Source: Gonapodya sp. JEL0774 (Eukaryota). Taken from it: a stretch of 46,871 nt of DNA. Position numbers and translations under genes: made by a program. This document shows positions 1-15,348 of this stretch, piece by piece. The notes below the pieces were generated by a model. It saw only the letters and a program-made list of their open reading frames with translations. It was not told the origin of the DNA and made no database searches. The DNA is taken from assembly GCA_027604505.1 (NCBI GenBank), contig JADIIX010000154.1:1-46871 (forward strand), written 5' to 3'. How positions within the stretch are numbered: position 1 is the first letter of the stretch; each line of letters begins with the position of its first letter.

Positions 1-1
1 G

Positions 2-409
2 TTCATGCTCCATCATGGCAAATACCCGCCTGTGGATTTGAAAGGCCGGGTTCACCATCCTGTTATGAATACTTTGAGGGATTTCGACATACAACTCGCG
101 GATTTACTCTCACAACTAATATGTCCTGAGGAAATCCGATTGACCGTGAGAGTCCTGTAACGTGCCGATGTATTGTCAATTCCTCTTGGTTGAATAATCG
201 TGCAACATCAGGCAAAAAAGGCTCTGAGTCACCCTTGGCTCAATGCTTCCACACATGTAAACGAACGCGAGCAGTTGGAACACGTAAATACGGTCTCGAA
301 TGAGGAGAGGGACGAAAACCAAATGAATGCTTCGGAACCGGCTGTTAATGGATTCCGATACAACGTTGCAGGGAGTCAAACCAAACGAAAGAAGCGCTCA
401 AAAGTGTGA
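2..409 (+). CDS. 3' end of a Ser/Thr protein kinase (partial; subdomains X-XI plus tail)
   Basis: Exon <2..145 (…DIQLADLLSQLICPEEIRLT) joins through intron 146..211 (GTGAGA…CATCAG) to AKKALSHPWL…KRKKRSKV*. 'DLL…RLTAxxALxHPWL' is the kinase subdomain XI signature. Confidence 0.7.
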
Positions 410-1462
410 ACATTCAATTCAATGAGGGATCCACTCAACATTTGACGGCGGTGAACTACAAACGCAGTCGTCTAAATACACAATAACAATGTTGAACGGT
501 TAAGATCTGGTGGCCCCCGTGGGTTCCTGTTGTACCACTTTGACCATCGTGCGTGGTCGTCTCGCGGGGATTAGAAAGTGTGGAGACCCTGTGTCGCCCT
601 ATACACGTGGGGTTCATCGACATACCCAATGAAGGCCGGCCACCACAGATGCCTCACTCTCACAGTCACCACCGCTTTGGACGAAAGATGGTAAGCGAAC
701 ACGAGCATCTGGCAACTGTATCAAGTTAGACATACCAAGGATGGAATGTGCCAACATTCAAGAGTGACAAATGCGTTGTGACGACTGTAACCATGTCTAC
801 CCCATCTTTATTTCTCACGCGTGACCCATTTTAATCCTCTCGTGCCATTCGTGGAGCATCGGGAACAATATGAGTGTCGCAAACACCACTTGAAGTTCAA
901 GAATTTCTTTCTGGAGAAAATGTGATCGAACGTGCCGCATGATGAACGTCCAGAGTGATGTCCGACAAACTTCGCCTCGTTTCACTCCAACTGCAGTCGG
1001 AGAACGTCCGAGATCTGGAAAGGACGAGAAAGAAGTTATGGGGCCATAAACGAGTAATCCAAGGCAGGCGGTGGAGTTGAGATGATCGCCAACTTGACTG
1101 GTCTGACCTTGAAAAGTAGACGCCCATGCCAATGATTCATTCTTTGAAATTTTCCATGGTGTGATTTGTACTGGATTACAAGATACAATAATCTACTACC
1201 CGATGACGGAGGCGGGTGGAGGGAGATCATCGAGAAAACAACACAGAGTTGCTAGTGAGAACGAGATAAACCAGGAAGACTGGAGCAATGCAAAACAATA
1301 ATTTGGTGTTGGTGGGTCCCAGGGTACCAAATTATAATTGTGGCGTGCGAACAGAACCGGCTGAACGACCCACCAGCACTACAACAACCACCTATTACCA
1401 AACAGCAAGCCATCGACGCCGCCAGCAGAGTCACCGGACAGACACACAACACAGACAGCGCA

Positions 1463-1677
1463 GTGAGTGCACCATGCATGGATGGCGCTCTTGGTGGCTG
1501 TACCCGCAGTCGCCGTTGGCTGTGGTTCACTTCCGCTTGTCCTCCCCTCTCCCACTCCCGCTCGCCCCCATTCTGCCTCCCCTCTCTGTCCACCTCCGGC
1601 CACCCGACCTTCTCTCTTGTTTTCCCTGTGTGTCTCCTGCGCTCTCACTTCCTCTGCCTGTCTCTGTCGCTCATTAG
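1463..1677 (+). other. Probable 5'-UTR intron of the ubiquitin fusion gene
   Basis: GTGAGT at 1463, then a long pyrimidine tract, then TTAG immediately before the ATG at 1678. This layout is typical of ubiquitin genes. Confidence 0.65.
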
Positions 1678-3471
<1,794 letters not shown>

Positions 3472-3904
3472 ACAACCCAACACCCGCCACCTCGCCACAC
3501 AAAACTCTGTGGTATGAACCTCTTTCATGAACCCCCCCCACCCCCCCACCCCCCCACCCCCGCCCCCCCTTTGATGAGTTTCCACCTCTCTCCCGTACGT
3601 CCAGAAGTGGGGACAGGCACTTTTCTTTTATCAGTCCTTTTCTTTTCTTTCTTTCGTATAAGTACTCTTTTGCGTAGAGTTGTTTGAGAGAATGGGGAGA
3701 CGGTTGCTGTTGGGTCGGTGTCTTTCCTGTCTTCCCTTTTAAGCTGAGATGTACTACGTTCTGTTCAAAATGCTCAATGAGACACGTTAGGTGGTTAGGT
3801 ACATTCCATGAATTGGGTGGTGTTTCTAAGGATATCTTGCACTATGTTCTTTGGGGGGCGGGAAAGAAGAAGCCTCCTACTGCAATAACCACGGCAGATC
3901 TACG

Positions 3905-4260
3905 CTGCGTTGTGTGAGTGGTGTAAGGTAGGAGAAAAGGGGGGATAACGGGGCAGAGGGTTACAAGTAAGTTAGGTGCCCATGCCCTGGACCTCAGTCA
4001 CGTGTGACCAGCACCCAGAAGCTGCCCCATCGAACAGACATCTTGAAACCACTAGACCGACTGACATCTTGGAGTGCTCGCACTCATGAGACGTTTTATC
4101 TTCTAGTCCCACCCTTCTGTCCTCTCTTGCCTCCTTGAACGCGACAAATGAGTGACGCCGGTTGAGGAATTCGACAACTCCTTTGGGGTATGTTCCCCCC
4201 CATATATCTTCACGTGAGTACGGCATCAACAGAGCTGTTGCAATCAAATGTCCTTCTCAC
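3905..4260 (-). ncRNA. Candidate structured RNA (snoRNA/scaRNA-like) in the intron of a putative non-coding host transcript
   Basis: Minus strand has donor GTGAGA (4260), branch CCTAAC (3976-3971), a pyrimidine tract and CAG (3907-3905). Internal imperfect hairpins lie at 4051-4107 and 4153-4228, with G-U pairs favouring the minus strand. There is no recognisable protein. Confidence 0.3.
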
Positions 4261-4856
4261 TGGACTGGCCTTTCTGTCCGATCCAGACATGCCGTCCGCT
4301 TGGTGCACCGTCAGATGGGACCCCGAGGAGGGGACAAGCCTATGGCCCGGCGTCATGTGCTAAAGCCTTCAGTGTCCCTGCGGGTGTATAACCACTGGAC
4401 GGGGCAACGTGTGTGAGGACGGGGGGGAAAGTAGGTTTGGACGACATAAATATTGGGAAACGGAGAATACCACCGAGAGTGCCGGAGAGAGACGGTGATT
4501 GGACGTAGGTGTGGTGAATAGTGAGCGGTAGCAAGGTAGCAAGGTAGTTATGTGGTGCCATTGCGAGCTGCGTCCATGTCGCGCACCCCGGGAACGTCTC
4601 CGGTTTCTCTGCACCGGAGAGCGACGAAAGGCTCGCTCTAATCTTCTTAATTTATTTTATAAAATTGTATACCTGTATAATACATTTGCTCAGGCTATAG
4701 CTCTTTCACAGAGGGGAATAGCAGCTGCTACAGTCCAGACAAAGATGTGTTATGTACATTTACGTGTCAAACAATTCATTTGATATCATCTAAAGTTCTA
4801 AGTGCGAATCAAGCACTCAACCCCTCGTATCCAAAGCGCACACCATCCCCGCCATC

Positions 4857-6645
4857 TCACCATCCCCTCCTCCCTTGATCTCTGGTAGACGATCCCAGGA
4901 GATCTTCATTCTCTCCCTTTCTCCATGTCCTCACCCCCACGCTCAGATCCTCACGCTTCACCTTGACACCTTGTTCCTCCAACATCTCGGCGAGTATGAC
5001 CTCGTTAAACACGGGAGGGTTATCGAGGTACAAATGGTGCCCGCCTTCAGGGACTCGAACGACCTTGACTCGATCGAGTGGCATGGCTTTGGCTGCTTCT
5101 AGCGCATGGCGGTAGTCCATCCAGTCGTGACTGCCATAAACAAAGGTCGTGGGTACTTTCAGTTGCCCGATTCGATCCATGAGTGGTCGTTTGGCGAACG
5201 CGCCTGGAAGAAGAATCGAACCAAGTGCGTACTCTCCCGAACCTCGAAGCGCCAGTGTGTGGTACAGGTATTCCCGCATATCCTTGGCGTCGGATTCGTC
5301 CAAGAACGCAAATCTCCGATCCGTATACCGCTGGACCAAATCAGGTCCCCACGGTCCAACCATTCGGATGATGCCCTGTGGGGTGAAATTCCAACTCCAC
5401 AAAGTACTGACCCAGCCTGGGAGTTTGAAGTCGGAGGGGAGGTGGGGTACGCCGACTGGACTCACGAGAATGAGCTTAGAGACGCGCTCCGGGAAGCGCA
5501 TGGCATACGCAGCAGAGAGGTAGCCACTGAAACGGAATGTGCGATGAGAATCGATGCTGGGGGTCACGGCGAGGACCGGGGAGACGGGAACTCACCCAAG
5601 AGAGTGTCCGCACAGAACCATCTTCTCGATTCCTGACGCCTGCCGCCACGCTTCTAATGAATCCACGAACCACTTCTCCGCTTTCTCTGGGTCGTTGTGT
5701 TTCGGAAACGGTGGTCGCGAAGAGTTACCCATACCCAGCCAATCGAACGCCATGATTTTGGTGTTGTTCAGGAGAGAAAGGCCATAATAGTTACGGTACT
5801 GGCAGGGGCAACGGTATTAATAAGACGATGAATGAGAAATTGGTAGAGCCAGCCACGAAGGCCATACCCACAAAGAAGCCCAGCGCCGCGCCGTATCCAT
5901 GTGCAATGACCAGTGTCTGTTTCTCTGACTTCTCCGAAGCTCCCGTCTTCAGAGCATTCAGCCCTTGATACTTGGCAAGCAGTCTCCCACCAGCAGCAGT
6001 GCTCAGGGGTGTTTGTACTTCTGCACGCGCGGAGCTCCCCTCAGGTGCAGCACCATCTTCAAAGTCAGTGATTGAGACCTTGGATTCGGAAACCGTGAAC
6101 GGTTGGGAGCTATTGGCTTTGGTGTCAAGTTCCGCATTGAGCTCGGAAAGTAATCGGGGAGGTGAAGCGGGGGTGGAGAGAACTCCCGACGACGTATCAT
6201 CAATGATCAGTGTGTTGATAAAAGCTCCCTTGAACTGAGGATCTTTCGAGCCAATGTCCACAAGTCGAATCACCGCGCTCTTAGAGTGGGCGGAATGTAC
6301 GGATTGAGAGATGTGAGTGGTTTGTGAACTGGAGGGAAGAGCCTGAGGATTGGTCGATGACTGTGCTAGTTTAGCGGTTTCCTGGGGAGACGCGGACGCT
6401 CCAAGATGGGAGGTGAAAAACTGCAAGCGAGAGAGCAGGCGGTCCTGAGACTCTCGTGCCTTGTTCTGCGAAGTTCTGTTCCTGAAGCGGTAGGTACGTA
6501 GGGTCCGTCACCGTTTCCGACACACGAAACCACACCCGGGCACTCACCACCAGCTGAAAAGAAAGCTTGAGTGCAGTGTGGGATCGTTTACAGAATCCTG
6601 GGATCGCAAGGCATCGCTTTCGGCAGACGACGACGACGAGGTCAT
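4857..6645 (-). CDS. Alpha/beta hydrolase, ABHD4/ABHD5 (CGI-58/Ict1/Cld1) family
   Basis: ATG at 6645 (MTSSSSSAES…), three introns. Motifs HGYGAALGFF, AFDWLGMGNSSRP, nucleophile GHSLG|GYLSAAYA, YGSHDWMD, and GHHLYLDNP (HX4D). Confidence 0.9.
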
Positions 6646-6989
6646 GGAATCGACGAGCCGTTGAAGATAGGCGGGAAGCAGAGACGGTGGTGGGGTTCTG
6701 AATGAGAAAGACGCAGCAGCTTCTCGTGCGCGCTGGGCTGCGTGACGTGGAGCTTGGTTCATAAACTGACGGGATGAACAGCGCTTTATATGAGTGTACG
6801 AAAGTTTGTGTGGCAGGAGATCCCGGATTTACGTGGATTCCCCGAAACAGATTTCGACGCAGATATGTAACGTAGTCATTTATACACATGTTTGCTCATG
6901 AACAAGTCAATCAACGATGGAAGAGGAACTGATAATGTCTTAGTAAACTCCCAAGTTCTTATGTTGGGAAACAACAGCGAACAAGCATC

Positions 6990-8389
6990 TCACCCCAACC
7001 CAAGACACTGGTCGAGATGCTCGTTCACCTTCCATTCCTCTACCACCAGCCCACACGCAGGACACTCGACGTTCTCGCGTGTGGGTGCGGAGGCGGGATC
7101 CGGAGTGGGCCTTGACGAAGGTCGTGGTGGCGGTGGGCAGTCAACAGAGGACGTGGAGGGAGGAAGTAGGTGGCGTGGTGGAATCCCACGCGGTGGATGG
7201 GACAAGGTGTGCGTTGATACTGGGGCGGTGGTGGATGGGATGGGCGGGGGGAGGGGGGCCCAACTCAAAGGAATCGTCGTTGTCGCTATAGTATGAGCAG
7301 TGCTTAGTTTCGGATCCGGATTAGGCACCGAGTCACCGGCGTCCACATCATGGACGGTGGGCGAAGTGGTTCCAACTTGAGTGTCTTTGCCTCGTCTAGG
7401 GGATCGAGTCACCCATTGATCCATTGGTCCGACTTTCTTTCGTTTATCAACCACGCGAGAATCTTCTGCGCTAGAAGGGTCTTTGGTTTTGGAGTGAGTC
7501 TCGGATGCAGACGTGGAATCCGATTTTCGCTTCCTGGCCTTCCCACCACGGCCACCGGGGCCACCAGCACTGGGCTTTGTACCACCTTCTCCATCAGCTG
7601 ATTCCATGTCCGGTCCGGATATTTTGACATATTTGCCTCCACAGCTGCTCTGGTGATCGTTCCACCATCGATCGGCGGGCTGTGGAGGTCTGTTCATACT
7701 CCGCTTGACAAAGCCGAAGTACGGTGGTTGAGTCCGACAACTCCCTTCACAGCGCCATATGTGCTTTCTGTAGTGATCGACTTCGTCCCGGAAAGTGTGG
7801 TACACTGTGATGTTCGCCCCCGAGAGCGCACTCAGCCGAGACGCTTGTGAAAGGAAATCAGGTCCATGACCACTTCGGTCGCGGGAGCCGTTGGTGAGGA
7901 AGAGATATGCGTGAATCATTTCATGGAGGAGAGTGCTGATGAGGTCGCAGCGAGGACGGAACTTGAGAAGGGGATCTGAAAGTCGCACAGAACAGTAGCC
8001 ACCTGGGAAATCTGGAGCAGACAGAGAATCAGAGAGAGCTCATAAATTTCCTCTACTTGGAGAGTAGGGTGCGTACAGTAGCACATGCCAGCACAAAGAG
8101 TCATCTTCGCACTCCAACGACATTCGACTGCTGCAAGTCGCCCACCAAAGTACTCCCGGTCAAACACTTGGAAGAGCTCCCTGATATCAGGAGTCGGATC
8201 CTCTGCATCCGACGCTCGAGATGCCACGTATGGGTCGAACATGGTATTGAACGATGACGGGGATGACCGTTCAGCCTGAAGCTCTTCCTCGAGCTGTTTC
8301 GCCGCTAGATGATCGTCATAAGCTTGTATTTGAGAGAGCTCATCTTCCCAAAGACGGCGTGCCAGTTGCTCGTCGGTTTCCGCGCTCAT
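6990..8389 (-). CDS. SPRTN: SprT-like DNA-protein crosslink metalloprotease (Spartan/DVC1)
   Basis: ATG at 8389 and one intron at about 8080-8012. Contains DPTPDIRELF…WSAKMTLCAG, TLLHEMIHAYLF (HEXXH), HGPDF, a zinc-binding WRCEGSC…FGFVKRSMNRPP…WWNDHQSSCGGKYVKI region, and a C-terminal UBZ4 (CPACG…NEHLDQCL). Confidence 0.93.
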
Positions 8390-8550
8390 CGGAAGTAACC
8401 AGATATTGCGAAGACCAGGTCTACTGCTTTGGTCGGTAAAGTTGCCCAAGCACAGACGTGTAAGAGTTCAACCAACACATCCATCCACCACCACTCGCGC
8501 CAACCCAATCGGCCCGCGTCCCTCTGCGCGGGGTTCACACTCAAGATTAT

Positions 8551-9010
8551 TCCCTCCCTTGTGATTGATTGCCAGTTGATGGCAACTCGTATTAGTTCAT
8601 AATACCAATCATGTGGGAATCAGTTTCAAGGGCGACAACGTTATCATCGTTGTTGATCACGTTTCTTGCTCAACAAGAGCGGTTGTTAGCCTTGGTGGAT
8701 TGAGTTCAACACCTCGAATACATTTTTTGTTTCCGCCCTTGAGATTGATTCCCAGGTGAATGTTGCAACTCACCTAGGAACAATATCAAGGGAGGAAGCG
8801 TCCAAAGGTCACTGGTCCTTGCTGAACAAGGGGTATTCAGCCGTTGGTATACTGAGTCGTCATTTTCCAGCCACCAAAGCGTGTAGCCTGAAAAATGGAT
8901 ATCGCAGAACTGAGAGGGATATTTTATCAGTGACGGGTTTTTGTAGTCTGGTTTGGCAGACGTCAATGTGCAGATCGGGTGGGACTGAGTGCATGGCATT
9001 GTGAGCTCAG
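8551..9010 (+). ncRNA. Candidate large structured non-coding RNA of unknown family
   Basis: A 21-bp stem 8614-8634/8734-8754 (two G-U pairs), a closing stem 8553-8561/8787-8795, at least 8 further short hairpins, an Sm-like ATTTTTTG at 8722-8729 and a donor CAG|GTGCGT at 9011. No credible ORF. Confidence 0.45.
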
Positions 9011-9521
9011 GTGCGTATCCAGGCTAGGTTTTTGTTGCCCCTGTCTCCTACCAAATCTGTCTTCATTCACAATATCTTTGTCCAGCTTCTTGTCCACTCT
9101 AGAATCCGGTGACCCTGCCTTCCCACCCTCTGCTTTGCACCGTCTGGAAAATATTTCTCCTTCCACCACTCCCCTCAGTTTCTCGCAAGGATCGAGGTTT
9201 TTTCACACGACGCGACGTATGCCGTTATCCCCATTGCTGTCTGCACTTACTGCTGTCCTGGAAGCGTTGAAGACTCTTGTTGCTGATGCCTCTTGACATT
9301 GAGGGAGAAGGGAGGCAAAGGTTGAGAGTGGGAACATCAATAGTATTTAAAACTGTAATCATGGCTATCCAGTAGTTCGTATTCTCACTTTCAAAAAGAA
9401 TCAATTGGTTTATGTACTGCCCGGATTTGGGTCTATTCGCCTTGTGTTATCTTGGTGAAGTCAGTCGCTGCAACCTAAAATACTTTCACCAGTCTCGATC
9501 AACACACAGTCTCTCTTCCTG

Positions 9522-10930
9522 ATGGCGGCCGTCCCATCTCTTGCCGCGCCGTCATCTTACCGCGATAGACGAAACAAACGATTCGTGAGTCCGGAACAAA
9601 GTTGAGCGTGGCTCCTCCTATGGCATCTCGACACTGACCCTCCCCTGTCCGTTTCACATTTGATTTCCAACACAACCCGCGACTAGAAATCGGACGAAGA
9701 ATGGAACGTGAGCATGATTTAACCGCGATAGGCATTCATTTCCCTGGCGCCTCCCTCATTTTCATGTATGCAACTTCACCTTTCAGAGAGCCATCGCTGC
9801 ATCATCCACCCTCTACGTGGGGAATCTTTCTTTCTTCACCACTGAAGAGCAGGTGAGATTCATTGGAGAGCAGTGGAAAATGAAACTGGTTTGGACACCT
9901 TCGCATCACCGACTTTGGAATCACGACAAGAATGAAGTCGGAATAGGAATGTGGTATCTGGAAGGAACCACTGCTTCGACGCATTATCAGTCGAGAGTCT
10001 GCAGTCGCTCCGATGACGCATGTCTGGACGGGGAAAGCAGGGACGCCTTTTGGAAGAAGCTGGTCCCACCACTGTTCGCAGAACCTCTTGCTCACAAACT
10101 CCTCGCTCTCGATTACCACACCCCACTCTCCAAGATATTCGAACTCTTCTCCAAAGTTGGCGAGATCCGACGAGTTATCATGGGCCTCGACGCCAAGCAA
10201 AAGACCCCATGCGGGTTCTGCTTCGTAGAGTAAGCGTGCCCACAGTTCACTCCCCCCTTCAGCGTACACACCTCTGTCTCTCCCGATCCGAAACAACTCC
10301 CCACATCCCCCACCTCGCCCCACCACCGCCCAAACTCCAGATACTACTCCCACCAGTCCGCCCTCTCCTCCCTCCTCTTCCTCAACGGCACCAAACTCGA
10401 CGAACGTCCTATCCGCACAGACCTCGACCCGGGATTCGAAGAGGGGAGACAATACGGTCGGGGGAAGTCGGGAGGCCAGGTCAGGGATGAGTGGAGGGCG
10501 GATTACGATGCGGGGAGGGGTGGGTGGGGGAAGCAGGGTGAGATGTATGCGGACGCGGGTGAGGCACCCGCGGGGGCGGAACAGTACGGGGGGATGGGTG
10601 GTTGGGGCGCGGGTGGAGGAGGGTGGGGAGGTGGGGGAGGTGGGGATCATTACAAAGGTAAGTGGATGGGTGGTTTGTACTTTCTGGGTAGCGCCCAAGC
10701 TGACTCTTCTTGCTCTTTTTTCCAAATCGACTGTTTTGTTTGGTAAGGCAGTGGCAAACGCGCTCGGGACTATGAATCCAATGGGCGATATGACGATGGA
10801 GGGTCTCGGAAGAGGGCAAGAGATGACGAGGTGAGCACGAGTGGTATTACCCGCTATTGCTGCATTTCTGGTCACCAACCACGAAGCGAAATATTTACAA
10901 CAGCACCCGCGATTCCGAGAAAAAGACTGA
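9522..10930 (+). CDS. CBC2: Nuclear cap-binding protein subunit 2 (CBP20)
   Basis: Starts [17 protein letters not shown]. Includes a 21-nt micro-exon 9687-9707, [24 protein letters not shown]…[12 protein letters not shown]…[39 protein letters not shown], and the fungal-type end HPRFREKD*. Confidence 0.95.
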
Positions 10931-11088
10931 GCACCTTCTGCATCACGGTCTTACCATACGGGCGTGTGTATTTGGAAACGATAGTTTGGAAGCACTTAAT
11001 GACGTCCACTTAACTGTCTACATTACAGTTACAGCAATACATGAATATCAGGCCACGCCTGACATGCTGTTCACAGTCCCATGTACCT

Positions 11089-13943
<2,855 letters not shown>

Positions 13944-14144
13944 TGTAATGAATCACGATGCGTCAAGGCGGATTCGGTTTTCTGTCCGTGTGATTCCCAA
14001 TGGGCGAGAGAAATGGGCGAGAGTGCTGTTGACGCGGGCGAAAGTGTGGAGTGAGGTAACTAACTTGACCAAAGCAGTGGGATGGAGGCCCTGAATAATT
14101 GTTCAATTTTGAAAGCTTTGGCAGCACCTTTTCCCTTTGCCATC
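13944..14144. promoter_or_regulatory. Compact bidirectional promoter (ProRS / FAM133-like)
   Basis: About 200 bp between divergent ATGs, with AATGGGCGAGAG in two tandem copies (13999-14023) and GACGCG at 14031. Confidence 0.5.
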
Positions 14145-15169
14145 ATGCAGCAACAGCGCGGAGGAACAATATCCGAATTCATTGCCGCTCGGAAGAAGGC
14201 CGGCATGACCTGGGAGGACTTTCGAGTCCTCAAAGCAAAACATGATGATTCTCAATTCTCGGACAAGGAAATGGCTCAATATCGCAAGGTGGGAGACATT
14301 CTTTGGCAGTAATTGTGTTATGTGATTGCGTTATCGCAATCACCACGACTAGTTGCTCATTGCGTTTTTTGGTGTCCAGCAACTCGATGCTGACCGAGAG
14401 AACCGCTTGAAAGAGCGCGAGGAGAAGTCTTCTCGTAGCGATAAAGACGACAAAAAGCGAAAGAAGAAGAAGACCCATAAGGAGAAGGACAAGGCGCGAA
14501 AGAGTAGAAAGCGGGACGATAGTGACGAGCGGGATAGCCGGAAGAAGAAGCGCCGTCACGCTTCGGATTCAGACCTGGAAAGTGAGGAAGCATCTGGGGA
14601 CTCAGATGAGTCTCGAACAAACTCGGACGCATCTCAAGAGAAGGTGAGCAATCTCTTGCAGGTCTAGATCTGCCGTTGGTGGAGAATCCTTTTCCTTCTA
14701 AATGAAACCCGTGTAGAAGCGCCGACGGAAAACTCGCAACGAGAAGAAATCTCGGGACCGAGGCAATGACAGAAAAGGATCTCGCTCGAGATCACGAGAG
14801 AGGTCGCGAGATAGGTCCCGCGAGAGATCCCGACGAACCTCGTCCCAGGACTCCAGGGAGCGTTCCAGAGAAGCTCGGAGAGGCTCCAATCGAAGTGAAG
14901 ACGACTTGCAGGGGCGTGGAGATCGTAGGAAATCTCCATCGCGTCGGGGAATCGATGATGAGGATGGAATTGCCCATCACCAGTCAAGGAGGAATTCGAG
15001 GTCTCCGCCACGCACTGGAAGTCGCAGTAGAAGCCCCGACCGCATCAAGCTGGACCGTCGAGACCAGCGTGAAAATGATGAAAGGAGCAACGAACGACTA
15101 CGGGCATCTGAGCGGAGGGAAGGAACTCGAAGTCAGACCCCTGAAGAGGGTGAAGTGGCCGAACATTAA
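14145..15169 (+). CDS. FAM133-like K/R/S/D-rich nuclear protein
   Basis: MQQQRGG…MTWEDFR…MAQYRK|QLDADRENRL resembles the FAM133 N-terminal motif, followed by K-rich and RS/RD-rich tracts. Introns 14289-14380 and about 14644-14716. Confidence 0.6.
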
Positions 15170-15348
15170 GGTCTAATTAATTGTTAGTTGTGCATTGCTC
15201 ATTCTTAGAATTACATTTTACCGATTGAGCGTCAATCGCTCGTTTCTTGGTCTCTGTGCTTCTCCCCTCTGCACAAACAAACTGGCCTCTGTGAGACGAC
15301 GCAAGCAGCACAGAATAGACCACAACCCGAAACCCAAACTCAATCAAC

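Noticed and set aside
430..1250. Short minus-strand ORFs between the kinase and the ubiquitin gene
   Set aside because: No recognisable domain or consistent exon chain could be built.
4304..4360. SECIS-like ATGA…TGA framed by GCAC/GTGC on the minus strand (some early-diverging fungi use selenocysteine)
   Set aside because: The upper stem pairs poorly, there is no apical AA motif, and I found no selenoprotein-like ORF with an in-frame TGA upstream.
8628..8741. U11- or U1-like reading of the structured region (AAGGGC start, GATCAC, Sm-like site)
   Set aside because: There is no ACTTACC 5' end, the loop motifs are not in the expected positions, and no 3' stem-loop follows the Sm-like site in that register. 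It is kept only as an unassigned RNA.
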